This document shows, one piece after another, positions 41,644-54,927 of a stretch of DNA of 64,000 nt (position 1 is the first letter of the stretch; each line of letters starts with the position of its first letter). The position numbers and the translations under genes are program-made. The notes beneath the pieces were generated by a model that saw only the letters and a list, made by a program, of their open reading frames with translations, had not been told where the DNA came from and did no database searches. Location of the stretch: positions 43,896,001 through 43,960,000 of the forward strand of contig OZ296651.1 of the NCBI GenBank assembly GCA_965655095.1, written 5' to 3'. This DNA is from Haplodiscus bocki. Taxonomy: Eukaryota.

Positions 41644-42603
41644 TTTTTGACTGAAACCTTCAATGTGATCACTCCCATATTCAAATCCATATTAATAATA
41701 ATAATAATGAAAAGGAAATGCAGACAATCTAGATTATTGAAGAATAGAGAGAAAAAACCTGCAGATATTTCAGAGCACTATGGTGTTGCAACCTGCAATA
41801 ACTGTATTCTGTCCTCCCCAGGAACATTCACGGAATTCCGCTAAAAGTAATTCGGCCGAAAAATCGATTTTTTTGCTTCCCGTGCCGACGTCTAATGGGT
41901 ACACTTTCTGTCTGATAGGAGATTGTGTACTGAGATTGGCTTTTTTTAGTTTGGATGCTGCCTAGTGTAAGCGGTTACAAATCGCTTTTTAAAGACATTT
42001 GGAAGGTACTTGTTTCTTTTTGCATTCTGAGAAGTGCTATTTTTTTAAACATCGTTCTGAAAAATGAACAAAAGCTTCCTAAAAGGTCATGTTTCACAAA
42101 TCAATGTTTTGATTGTGAAATAATGTGGGCTGTATTTTGTTCTTTTTTGCGTTGCTTTCTGTGCAGATATAAGCATTGACAAATCAACCTTTTGAGTATG
42201 AGACACTGACAGTTACTTGTCTCATTCCCACTTTTTGAATAAATTTTCGATAGACAGTTGGCGTAGTAGTTCTCAATAAACCAATCAAATCCCCGATCAT
42301 TTTTTGTAATGTGCTTCCCGACCTTTGATCTGAAGTGAGAAGTCAAAATGTGTTGCGAAGATCCGCTTCGCCTCTGTGTATCTTCTCGCTGTGGTAATTA
42401 GTTAGGATAGAGGAAATTTTCAGCGGAATTATTAGATATCTGATAGCTTTTACTAGCAAAAAAGCTTTACCGACAAAGTATTAGATTTCGTATAATTTTT
42501 GCTTCGACCTCAAAAATTTCGAAAAGCTTCATTTTAGAAAACCCTGAGGCAATTTTGCTTTCTCATTTTCAAGCAAGATTTCTATGTGAAAGCTAGCATT
42601 AAG

Positions 42604-42605
<2 letters not shown>

Positions 42606-42665
<60 letters not shown>
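42606..42665. repeat. (AT)~30 microsatellite
   Basis: Read directly from the sequence. Confidence 0.97.
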
Positions 42666-42667
<2 letters not shown>

Positions 42668-42669
42668 AA

Positions 42670-45600
42670 GATTTAATCGAAAGCTTATCATGTGTAGATT
42701 GATTTAAGTTGAGCATTTTTTCGCGAATAGGTTTTGTCTGCTAGAAATGATCATCCCAACCTTGCTTTAATTGAGTATGATCCCGATTTTCAGAATGCTA
42801 CTGTCAGTTTTTTCATTTACTCCCTGATCGACAGCCTGATTTATGTAACTTGATTCAAGTTGAGCACTTTCTCCAAAATTTGTTTGCTAATCTAGAAATG
42901 ATGGTCCAAAAAGTTTTGATGTACGGTCCAAATGATGCTACTCATCCGTATAATCACTTTCAGTCAGTTTTACGAATGCTTTTTTTGTAACTACCCATTA
43001 AATTGTCCTCATTTACGGTCTGTTCAACAGCTTTTTTGGAATTCAGTTGAATGGAGCAGTTTTGAGATTTCATTTCGTTTTCCAAAAACTATGTTCTAAA
43101 CCTCGGCACAAATTTTGTGATTCCATTTTTGATCGAACTCCGAAATGCTGCTTTCGTAATCTGCGGACTCAATTCTTTTCATTTACAGCCTAAAGGTCAC
43201 ATTTAAAATTCCAAACCCTTTCAACTGAAAATTCGTTGACTTTTTGATCCATGTTTTGAAAATGATGGTCCGAGCGATGCTACTCTACCATTTGTCGGTT
43301 TTAGTGAACTTTACGATTTTCTCAACTTTTCACAATTGCTGCTAAAGTGGCCGCTGTTTTCATGCAAGTTGGCTTCAATGCATTCTCCCGAGATTTTTTT
43401 GCCTGAAAAAAATTTCCGAAAGGAAAATATTCAATTCTTTAGCTGGAGTTTTTTTCTTTTCCTAGTACTGCTGGTAATGCGCAGATTTCTCTGAGCTGCA
43501 GAATAGGTAGTGGCTTTTTAATACTTATGTGGGATGTCACTGCGGTTAGGTAAACGAAGTAGCAGATTCGAATCCTTCTGCGGGCGTGTTTGTTTTGTTA
43601 TCAGATCCTTTGTTTACACATTTTGTTTTTTGTTTTTATTGGGTGAGAAGTGTTTTCGACCAAATTTAGGCTTTTCCGATAAGTGGGCTCTAAATTTTTT
43701 TCTCCGAAAATCGTTTTTCCGACATACTTAGAACGAGTCGTTGTTTTACAATGTTTTTCAGGAAACTGGGACAATATTTTCGATTGTACCGAAAAGCCAA
43801 AAAGTTTAAATCTGTTAGCAACTTTAAATGTAAGTGTAATAAATTGATTTTCTTTCGGTTTTTCGTATCTTTTTTTCGCTATCCGCTTTTTTCGGGAAAA
43901 ACAATACACAACTTTTCGAAATTATTTCTGCAGAAGTTTTTTCTGTGATCTCGGAATTGGGGGAATGCCAAGAAGCCCAATTATTACTGAGTTTCCTTGT
44001 TGTTGAAACTCATACTTTTGCAAAAAGGCGAGGTTCAATTCGTTGATCTACGTCGCAGTCGACATCTTTCTGCTTGTGGTCAATTTTTCGATCAGAAAGT
44101 GTTCCATTTTGATCCTTTCGTCAGAATCCTGATGGTTCGAAATTCCAAAATATGCCTTCAATATAGATTTCTCTCCATATTCTTTTTCGTCTCGATAGTC
44201 AATTTTTTCTTTCTTCTAAGTAACAGGTTCCATTGCTTTCGTCAAATGTTTCAACCGGTAGCTTTAAAATTGTGGTAAGCTGCTTTTTTTCAAAGAACTG
44301 TTTGATTTTTTTCATGGCATCAAACTCCTGATGGTCCGATTATTCCAAAATGTGCGATTAATAACGCTTCAGGTTGATATTGGAACTCACTTTTCTGCGT
44401 AACCAGGAGTTTCGTTTGTTTCATGAAGATCTCAATCGAAAAATTTCATTTTCTGGCATTTCATCCGGTTCAAAAGTCCTTGATTTTGTTCTTGCATTAG
44501 TTTTGATTTATCTCGATGTTCGAACTCATGTTTCTCCGCAACTGCAATCTTGATTTTCCCATCAAATTATCGACCGAATGCTTCGTAGCTAAACAGGACT
44601 ATTCGATTGAAAAATCCCTGATTTTATTTTCAATAGAATCCCCGGTACACTGGAAATTCGGAAATGTGCCAATAATTTTGAAAGTTTCAAATTTATCTCT
44701 TCATAACTACTGGCTCGATTCGCTCGATCAAGGTATCAATCGAAAGCTTTCAACTTATGGCAAAGCAATCGGGTGAAAACTTGATGACTTTTTTCCTTGG
44801 AGTAGAATCGTGATCGTCCGAGATTTGGAAAAAGTGCGTTGAATACTGATTCATTTCGACATTCGAACTCAAATTTCTACATAAGTACCAGCTTGATTTC
44901 TTCCCTCAAGGTCTCAACTAGAAGCTTCAAAACTGATTGAGCAACAATCGATTGGGAACCCATCTACTCTGATCCTTACATTTTCAATTTCAAATGTTTT
45001 TGTAATTGCAATTTATATTTTCAATGTCTGAATCGGCAGTGTTTCAGTTTTAAATGAGTTCTGTATTGAACGAATTATGAATTTAGTTCCTTTTGTTGGA
45101 GTTTTGATTGTTCAAAGAAAAAAAACCGCTACTGAGTTTGACTTTTTTTCCGAATTTCCAACTCATTTTCGTGTTTAGTGACCTGATTTTTCGTTTTGAG
45201 TGTCCATCTAAACGTGCTCAATGTACCGGAAGTGCTGAGAAGTGTTTTAGTCTGAACTGCCTCGGTTTTGAAACTCATGTTTTTTCATTTCTCTCGGCTG
45301 CATTTTTGCGTTGACGTGCCAATAGATAACCTTTTTTATGAGGAGGTCTGTTTGTTGTCCGGAATCATGAAAATTGTTTCCTTCTTTGTCGGAATCCTGA
45401 TAGGTGAAAATTGGCGAATGTGCCCTTAGTGTAGATGTCTCGATATTCTTAGGTATTTTTCTCGAGAACTACCTTCTTGAATAATTCCATCCAGGTCTCA
45501 ATTGAACGTGTTTCACTGTTAAAAAAATCTTAGGTAGAACAATATCTTTTTTCCGTAGATTGGAAACCTGATAGTCCGGAGATGCAAAAAAAGTCCTAAT

Positions 45601-47760
45601 TATATTTTCTCTTCGTCAATTTGAAAACACTTTTCTGCAAGGCTATGGGATTCAGTTCTTCCCTGAAGGTCTCCCTCGAGAACTTTTTTCCCTGGAAAGT
45701 GTTTTTTTGTGAAGGCCCTATGTTTCATGTTAATCTTTACTGTGCATCCTTGACGGAAAATGTGAGACTGCGCTTCCTGTTACAACTTCCTCTAGTTGTT
45801 TTCCCATCATTGCAACAAATGCACTGGATGCCGACTTCAGTTGAATTTTGCAATGCTTTTTCTTTTAAACTAGCGACTCACTTCTTTCCATTTTCCGCCT
45901 AATCAACAGCTTTTGGCAGTTCTTTCGACTCTTAGAATTTATCCAGATTTTTCTTCAATTTTATCAAAACTATGGTCCAAATACTGCTACACATGCACAT
46001 TTTGTCGATTTCAGCCGTTTTTCTTGTGCGTTTTTTCTTAAACAACTCTCAAATGTTTTCCTTCACATTCTGAACGGCAGCTCTTAAATTGGAAAGTCAT
46101 GAACCTTTCAACTGGTTGTTGACATTTAGATCCCAGTTTTGTAACTGATGGTCCAATGAATGCTACTCATCAATGTGATGTCATTTTCACGAATTTTTTT
46201 GTAATGATCAACAGGTTTTAATGTTCATAACTTCGTTTAACTGGAAGTTTCTCTCCAAATATCGTTCGATGTTCCAAAATTTAAGGTTGCAACTTTGCCA
46301 CGAATGCATGGTATGCCGATTAAAGGCAAAATTTTAAATGCGTTCCTGTCAAACCTCCAGCTGAATTCTTTTCCTCGACGGCCTGCCTAATCGACAGCTT
46401 TTAGTTTGCAAATTTCTTCAGTTTAGTTTGCAGGTTTTCTTCCAACATCTCAAATCTTTGGTCGAATTGATGTATCTGATGCCAATAACTGAATTTTGAT
46501 CTTCAGTTAATTACTCGATATCTTTCATATATGGCCTAATCGACAGGTTTTGCCATCCTTATTGTTTCAGCTGCAACGGGTTTTCGATAGTTCGATCCTA
46601 ACTTTGAGAATGGTTATCCAACGAATGCTACCACTTTCATTGGATGCCGTTTTTACGAATGCGTTATCTCCTAAACTACCCTCTCAATTCTATCCACATA
46701 CGTCCTAATCGACAGCGTTTGAAAGCAAACTTCAACTCGAACCGGTTTTCTAGATTTTGATCCAAGTCCAAGATGTTGATCCACACAATGGTACTCATGG
46801 ATTTAATGTCTTTTTCAGTCATCTTACGAATGCTTTTTCTTCTCAAACATCCATTCTGTTCTTCTCGTGTGCAGATAGAGTGGAGAGCCATTTAACTAAG
46901 ACTTTCTCCGGCTTTTGCTGAAATTTCCGAAAACGATGTTCCAGGTTTCGCTACTCATGCATATGATATCGGTTTATAACAGTTTTGCAAATGCGTTTCT
47001 TGAAAGAACTTGCTCAATTCTTTTCATTCCTGTCCTAATCGACAGCTTTTTATATTTAAATTGTCTTGAGTGAAGCAGTTTTTTGTCTCTTTCGTTCTGA
47101 TTTCCTAAAATGACGGTCCAAACATTGCTTCTCAAGCGTTTTTGATTTTGGCGCTTTTTACCAAAATTGTTCTCTTAACGACCCATTCATGTTTCATATA
47201 GGGCATAATCGAAAGATATTCATTTGTAGATTGATTGAACTGGATCAATTTCAGAGGTTCCGGTCCCTTTTCTCACAATGCTGATGCAAGTAATGCTGCA
47301 AAGGCATAGGCTGCGAATCTTTACCAATATTGCAATTCGTTCTTCCGTTCAACTACGTACTGGGTTCTTTCGATCTAGAGTCTAAAAGACCCTTTGCTAT
47401 GTAGGTTGACTTTAACTTAAGTAGGGTTTGAATTTTGTTCCTTTTCTAAAAATGATGACCCTGACATTACTTCAGAATCATATTATTTCATATTTAGTCG
47501 TTATTCAAAACAGTTTTTCTCTTCAGCTACCGATTTAGTTTCATTCATCGGAGGCTCATCGGTAGATTTTTCGTTTTGGTTTTGTAATTCAAGCAGTTTT
47601 GTTGTTGTTGGTTTCACTTTCAAGAAGTTATGGTCCAAATTTTTTTTAAGCAGGTGGTGCCGAAGTTTCTATTCTCCAAAACGTTCTGCTCCTAAACTAG
47701 CCATCCTGTTCTTCCATTCCTGGCTTTATCAGGAGGCCAATATGTGTAAATGATATAACG
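42670..47760. repeat. Degenerate satellite-like tract (~150-200-bp units, two families)
   Basis: cctaatcgacagcttt-like motifs at ~42674, 42824, 43021, 45899, 46386, 46535, 46704, 47034 and 47204, with atggtccaa/tgctactcat companions. A second motif, cctgatggtccga...caaaatgtgc, occurs at ~44128, 44327, 44810, 45395 and 45567. Confidence 0.6.
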
Positions 47761-48286
47761 GAGGCACATTTGTTAGTCAACTTTTTGGTTTCTTAGCATT
47801 AATCAACTGAAATCGGTTTGTCAGCTTCAAAAAAAAAGGTTCAGTTGATAATTTTAAGGATATCAAACACAAGCCATCAGTCGCCTAGTAAAAATTTACT
47901 CGGTCATATTTTGCCGTTAGTTTCGAAATGCTCCGATAAATACTGTTTTCTTTCATGTGGGCATTTTGAAGCTATAATCACTTGTGTAAATTCTTGTGAG
48001 GTCTGAAATGTCTTTGTTTGTACTCATCCAAAAATTGGTTTACTTTACTTTCGAGTTAAAATGTACGAAGCCAAATTGGATTAAAATAGTTGTAGAAAAC
48101 TCTTAAATTGCATGCTTTGCAGTGGGTAACTGTTGGAAAAGTTTTAAAGTCATAATGAACGAAGAACGGAAGTACGTTGTGCTAAAAGATGACTAAACTT
48201 TTCTATAATCAATTTTGATAACTTTCGCTGCACGGTAAGCTGGAACTTTGAATCCATGAATTAAGCGTGCTTTGTATTTGTTTCAG

Positions 48287-48519
48287 TAATTCTTGAGGAG
48301 GCTCAGTCTAAGGGGTTGATAGAGAACGTGAACGACGTATACAAGGGAAAAACCCTTCTGCATTATGCCAATGAGCATGGCAACGTGGATGCAGTGAGAG
48401 CTCTTCTTGTTTCTTTCAATGCCGACCCAAGTGTCAAAAACGATAAAGCAGTCACTTGCTACTTGGCCAGTGTCAACAACAGCAAAATCGCAGATGTCTA
48501 CCACTCTTACTTCCTGCAG
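48287..48519 (+). CDS. Internal exon of ankyrin-repeat / GH20-like gene (first ankyrin repeat)
   Basis: tttcag acceptor ends at 48286 and the CAG|gtaaaa donor follows 48519. Encodes GKTLLHYANEHGNVDAVRALL...ADPSVKN (ankyrin). Ends in phase 0, matching the next exon. Confidence 0.85.
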
Positions 48520-48870
48520 GTAAAAGCTAAATTTATATGTTATGGTTGAATTAAGTCAAATTATAGTGGATGCCAAAAGACGTTGATTAACGGGTAAATT
48601 ATCAATTAACGTGTGATCAATGTTTGGAACAGTTCAACTCAAGTTGTGTGTGAATATCCGCGTGATCATCTCATATCTCAACGTCTGGTAAATCTTGGAC
48701 ATTCTTTAACAGTATTATCCATCGTGTTTTTGTTCGCTTCCAATTTTTCTAAGATACTTTCAAAACGAAAACGGACGAACTAGATGCACTTGTTTAATTC
48801 CAATGAATTTTGTCGCCTAGTTGGCGAGTCAAATGTTTATTCAAATTACATCATTACATCATATTTGCAG

Positions 48871-50549
48871 GTTGTGACAAATGACAAATTAGAACAAATT
48901 GAGAAATGCATCGCTGGAGGCTTAGACCCAAACCAGGAGTACCCTATGGAAGGCGCATTCATTCTGCACTGGGCATGCCAGTACTCGGAAACTGAAACGA
49001 TCCAGTGTTTATTACGACATGGGGCCAATCCTCACGCTTTTGACACTGACGGACTCACGGCTTTACATGTTGCAGTAAAGTATGCAAACGCAAGCGCAAT
49101 CTCAGTTTTAATTGAAAGCCAAACTTGCGACATCTCTATAAAAGCGGGAGCAGGTGATTATGCTGGTTTCACTGCGTATGAATTGACTCAGAGATTTTGC
49201 CCCCAGTTCTCGCATTATTTTGAAAATGACCAATATGTGAACGGAAATGCGCAAGACGAAAGTATCGATGTCGCTGAAAACGAACATAACCATTCAGGTG
49301 GTTTAGTGACAAAATCTGAGGATCTGTCATTCAAGGGAACCCTGTCGGTCATATCTCCAGAGCCTTCATTGCCGCCACTTCAAAATGATGTTGAATTTTC
49401 CATGGAACTGACTTCGAAGCAGTCAGATGATAATGCAGCTCCCTGGGATTGTTTTGACTCAGCAAAAGAGGCCACTGGCCTTGTAGTGTGTCCCGTTCCA
49501 AAGGGAGTGAACATCGTCGCAGGCTGTGAACCGTTCAACTTTCCTGCAGGATCCGAGGTGTTGGTCTATCCTCAAAATTTCGAATGTTGGCAGAAGATTT
49601 TAGACCTGATTAGCATGATTATGAGCTCGTTGGGAAGAATTGGCTGCAAGTTTAACATGTCAGTTGTATCACCTGGAATGCAAAACCAGCAACAAAAATC
49701 AGAAAAACCGGTTACGAGCAAGTCACTCTATCCTCTACATATCGTGTTACTGAACCAATCATCTGGTAATAAATGTGGGAGCTATGTGCTAAACATGCAG
49801 TCTAAGCAATGTTCTTTAAAAGCAGCGACTGTCGAAGGTGTTCGAAACGGGATGGTTACCTTTTTGCAGTTGGCCATTGACCGGGAAAATATTCATCCTG
49901 CTGTGATATACGATGAAGCAGTGTTCCAAAGCAGATCTCTGTTGTTTGATGTCAACGAATTTTTAAACTGGAAAGTTGGAATTCTTTATGAAGTGGCTCT
50001 TTTAGCTTCCGTTTTGAAGTTCAATCAAATTGTTCTGCCTCTTACGTCATCAAATTTTTTCCCTGAAAACATGAATGGTTCGCCCGTTTTCACGCTGCAG
50101 AAAGTTTGCGAAAAGTTAGTTGACGTAGTTGTGCTTACAGAGAGATTTTGTCTCCAAACTTTGCCCTTTTTGGAAGTTTCGAGTGTAGAGCTTGACACGG
50201 ATCACGAATTGATGGCAGAGATTGATGTCTTGAAACATTTACTCAAGTGCTTCAACAACAAGAGTCGCGTTATTTTTGGGTCTAACTTATCAATGGTGGT
50301 GGCACAGAGACATGGGTTGCTGCTGCAAGTTATGTTTAACTTGGGCTTGGATCCAATGAAGACGGATTTGGTTGTGTGTCTGAATTCTCCCTCGGCTGTT
50401 AATTTGATTGGCTCTTCAGTGGGCCATGTGACCGTTTGTACAGATAGAAGTGACGTCATCAAAGAAGTGTTGAATTGTGGGTTGAGACTTGTTCTGAAAT
50501 GTTGCTCTGATCAGTCGTCTTTGTTTGGGAGAGTGGAGCTGCCTCAAAC
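48871..50549 (+). CDS. Large exon: ankyrin repeats, GH20 domain-2 (Glyco_hydro_20b-like) and start of a degenerate GH20 barrel
   Basis: ttgcag acceptor ends at 48870 and the AC|gtaagt donor follows 50549. Ankyrin: LHWACQY..TIQCLLRHGANP, GLTALHVAV. GH20-like: VCPVPKGV, GSYVLNM...AATVEGVRNGMVTFLQL, IYDEAVFQSRSLLFDV. Confidence 0.9.
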
Positions 50550-53500
50550 GTAAGTTTTTTGGCTTTGTTTGTTTGTTTGTTGTTTTTTCAGACTATGTTC
50601 AGAATAAACTAAGAATTAATCGCAATTAACAAGACATGATGCTGAGTGTCACCTAGACGATGGTGTGGCAATATCAATGAGGCAAATAAGCACTTACATG
50701 TACAATGATCGGCCTGAAATTTCTAAAAAAACATTGAATAACAATTTGATCTTCTGTGTTTAGTATTTTTTCCGGCACTTTACTAACAGTTAAGTCGCCG
50801 ACTAGTACAGTTTTTCTTTCATTTTCGTTTCCGCATTTTCTGGTGTACCTTCCAATTTTAAAAACCTTCCAAAGTCGGCAAAACTTTGTGATTCCCCTCT
50901 TTGCATATGCTCGAAATTTTTAAATGACCGTAAACAACGAAAATCTTCGTGTTACCCTTTACTTAAACTGGAAATTTTTCGGAAGGCAAGCACGGAAATT
51001 TTTCGTGAGATCCTCTTGCGTCTTCCGATTTTTTTCGCCAACACAAATTTTGAAAACGTCTCGCGATACTCCCTCGCATATAGACGAAAGAGTTTCAAAA
51101 AGTCCATTTTCATATACTCGCAACTTTTTGGAAAGACATGCAAAGAAATCTGAGATTCCCCCGACTTATCCCTCGATAATCCGCTGTTAGAATCTCCGCC
51201 ACTTTTGACAGCTTGATTTTGGGGGGAGTAAATACCCACCAAATTTGGTTATACGCCAACCTTGACCAAATGATTACACATTTGACATTCATTGTTGAAT
51301 ATAAGTTAATAATTTCGAGTCCCTTCTTAATTTTGTGACCGAAATTGAGGGAATATTTTACTTCGCTGTGGTACAGAGTTTTCTTGAAAAGTGAAAATCT
51401 AATCAGCATTTATTTGCTGTGTTCAGACGAGAAAAATCGAAGATATTTTTTCTAATTTTGATTCCCGAAGAACCAGAGTTGCGAGAAAAATTGATACCAA
51501 AATGCAGAGAAAAGGTCATTTCTTTGTGTTTTAACTTTTGTTTTTTAGGAATGATTTATAGTTTATTTCGGCTTTTTTGTAGAAAATGTGTCGTCAATAC
51601 TGCATTATGTCTAGAGGAACATTAATTTTTTTGCCAGAGTTTCAATTTTTTTTCTTCCTTTGGGCAAAAACTTTCCCGCTGGGTTGTCAAAACTGCATCT
51701 TCCGTTTGTGGAGGAACATTTTGAATGATTAAACTTTTTCCAAATTTATGCAGTTGCTGAAGCCACAGTTGGCAAATCACCGGAAAAAAGTCTACACATT
51801 GATAGTGATTTTCCTTTCGTAATACACGTTACAACACAAAATATTAGCCAGTAAGGTAACAATAAATAATAAAATTGCACTACAAATGCAATTATTGATT
51901 TTCTCGGGCATACAGTTTTAACATTTTTTTTTCAGACCAACACAAGTTAGTTCGCTTATAGTCTCTACGAATTTTTATGATGTCCCCCTCCATATATTAT
52001 TTTTCCCGATTACTTCATCGTACCTCCTTTTATAAACCGAAAAACATCCAGAAAAACAAGAATTGTGAATTTTTATCTTGAATTTTCTTATGGGACTTCG
52101 GGAGAGTTTAATTTTACGTAGTACTTAGTGTTACTCTGTTTTAGTTTTTGTCGCTTTTTTCAAACGACATTTTGAATTTTTTGAGTTGTGGAAACGCAGC
52201 AAGGCTCCGTGGAACTACAGGACAGACCATGCGGACCATCAGAGCACGGAAATGAAAAAAATGAGAATTTTTTTTCTGACTCCCCAGTCAAAATACTTGC
52301 GAAAGAGTGAACCCCGAGACATTCCGAATTCATTAACACCAATTGGTTGGAAGATGGAATGAGGGTTAGGGGAGGGACCCTCTGGTTATTTCAAAAGTGT
52401 TCCGGGGTCCTATCCGCTTTGGGCGGCCGGTTTTGAAACCTTTTCTGCAGTTACAAACAATTTCCCGGAGCAGTGTTAAAATCTTGTTAGCTGAAACCCC
52501 ATCCATAAACCGAAGACTATCTCAGCAGTCAATTGACTGGAAGTTTGCCGCAAAAACGCCTGTCTTGCAACGGATGCCATCTGCTGTTGGAAAATTACAA
52601 TTAGTGCTTGGAAAAAGATCGATTGAAGCTGCGAAATCGAAGAAAATTTTATTTCGGTTGAATTTATTCGTGCTATTTGGAAACAATCAGTCGAATTCTT
52701 TGCTTTTCTTTGTTTCTAAAAAGTTTACTAGCTGGAAAATTTCAACTCAGTGGTTCCGTTTTCCATCTTTTCCCACGAAATAACTTGTTGCTGTTGGGAA
52801 TCTGATACTGCCTTTTGTTTGGGTTGTTCGTTAAAACTGATTTTGTCAATGATTGTAGATCGAATGAGGCGCGCTCATTTCACTTGTGTCGTGGACTCTC
52901 AGCTTAGTAGAATAGATGATGTATTTGGAATATGTTTTGCGTACAATCGTGATTTGCAAACGAGGAAAGCAAATGTTCCTCCCTGCGTTGTATAATAAAA
53001 CGGTCTGAGTCTGGGACTATTGGTCGGACTAGGGTCATTCAGCTACTGGAGTTTGTGCTGAGAACCTGGGGAGGTGTATCTTCAAATATCTGGAAAAAAT
53101 CTGATTTTTCAAACACAAGTAGAGATTTTTTCCAGAAAATCAAAGATGTTCTTTCTTACGTTGTTTATTGAGACTGCTTTTCTAAATAACTTGTAGTGAG
53201 ACCAAGGGCCATCAAGAGCTCATTGCAATAGTTGTGTCCCAGAGTTTCTGCGAAATAGCTTGGGAGGTCTTTTTTAAACTTTGTACTGCAAAAAAATTTT
53301 TTTGTGAAAGTCAACTATGTTTTTCTTGTGATATTCATCAAAACTGTTTTCAGAATGACTAGTAAGTGGAATTGCGTCCATATAGTTCCAAATAAACTAC
53401 TCGCTGCTTTGAGTTGATGTTTTTTGTATGGTCTGTTATCAAGTTTGATGGTGAAAAACGATGACTTTTTCTTGAAAAATCTAAAAAAAACCAAAAGAGT

Positions 53501-54471
53501 TTTTGGTTGAAACTTTTCATTTATGAGTAGTATGCGTATCTCATTTATCTTTGGTTCCTGCTAGTGTTTTTCTGGAACTTAGTAGCTGTGACGAGTGCTC
53601 TTTTTCGTATTTCATTTTAGGAAAATGGTAGTTTTAGTTTAAAAATCAGGGGTGTTTTCTCTTGCATTCAACGCCCTGAATGAAAAGGTATATAATTTCA
53701 GATGCAATTTAGTGGCGCGGAAGTTTACGTTCCGTTTTCAGTTGCGAGAGAAACTGATTCTGAATTGAAAGAAAACATTCCTTTAGACTTTAGAGGATTT
53801 TCGAAAAGGTTTCCTTGTGGCTATCGTTTCGATTCAGTTCATCGAGGAAAGCGTGTTTTTTTTCGTACGGGAGATAGGGGTTTTGTATTTTTCTCTTGAA
53901 AAATGCCGAAAAGAAGAGATGTCAGTGCCAATTTTTTTTCCTTTTTCTTTTTGTAGATTGGAAAAACGCTTTCTAATTTGTTTGCTCCGATATTCGAGCC
54001 CTACTAATGGTTCTGATGTTTCTAATTATAATAGGAGTGGAATGAACGTGACCTGAAAATCAATGATAACACCAATGAATAGCTGGTATAGCGACGGAGA
54101 GCGTAACAAGGAAATTCGATGCGAGTGTAAAAGTCTGTCTATGCTCAATTGTTTGGGAACTCCCGGATAAGAGTCTCATTCATTGCGAATCTCCTTAGCT
54201 AGTGAACAAACGCCTATTTGCTTTTAACTTTCGAGTGCGATGATGAACCATTGAATTCAAAGTGGATAATAAATTCAAACATTGTCCGAAATATGTCAAT
54301 TTTATTGTTTGGCTGTTTTCTGCTATTTCAAAATAATCAATTTACATAAAATTGGCTTGCTTTTTTCACTACGCGTTTTTCTTGTTTCTTAGCTATTACT
54401 ACCTGGCACCCTTCATGGCAGTGCTTCAATTTTTCTACTAGCTGCAGCTATTCAACTGTTTTAAATTTCAG

Positions 54472-54927
54472 GCTGACCAGCATCACTCACAACTCAACGT
54501 GTGAAGGTCTTCTCACTGAATGTACTTTTGGTGCTGAGGCAGTTCCACTTTTTGTGACGTGTGTACCCCAGCTTGTCACCTGCTCCGACTACGCTTGGAA
54601 CTCCTGGTCATCTCATCAAATGTCTCCTGACTTTCTCCACAGCGTCATTGACAAGTTGCTGTTCAACCAGGCCCCTGGATTTGGCAATGCGTTAAGTCTT
54701 CTTTCTCACGTGGAAAAAAGTCTTATGCCGCCCATAGTTGGAAGGAATTACAAAAGAGGGTCTAGCAATAAGTCTTGGAGTCCAGATCAGGTTTATCCGA
54801 ATAGTTTGATGTCAGCTTCTGGGACTAGTGGTCTGAGCCAGATTCTGAGAGCAGTGATGGAGCCAGGACTCATATCCTTGGATCATTTTGAGCCGCATTT
54901 GATAGCACAAGCTGAGAAAGATTTGAG
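54472..54927 (+). CDS. Next exon of the same gene (C-terminal part of GH20-like barrel)
   Basis: tttcag acceptor ends at 54471. Phase 2 joins AC+G to give Thr in frame. Encodes CEGLLTECT...P..VTCSDYAWN. A GAG|gttaga donor follows 54927, so the gene continues downstream. Confidence 0.8.

Larger units (their letters stand above)
37560..41708 (+). mobile_element. Near full-length CR1/L2-clade non-LTR retrotransposon (frameshifted)
   Basis: ORF1 and ORF2 (APE-RT) in order, with a (TAA)n tail at 41693-41708. A 20-bp tandem duplication lies in the putative 5' UTR (37751-37790). The 5' boundary is approximate. Confidence 0.9.

Noticed and set aside
43520-43590. Possible tRNA gene (B-box-like gattcgaatcc)
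   Set aside because: No cloverleaf can be folded; at most a decayed SINE head.
48200-48286. Short upstream exon with a 52-bp intron (donor gtaagc at 48235)
   Set aside because: An in-frame TAA at 48219-48221 and no ATG exclude it as a coding exon; it could only be UTR.
48784-48870. ATG start of the 589-aa ORF as a single-exon gene
   Set aside because: This stretch is intronic: a ttgcag acceptor ends at 48870 and joins in phase to the upstream ankyrin exon. The ORF's stop lies inside a gtaagt donor.
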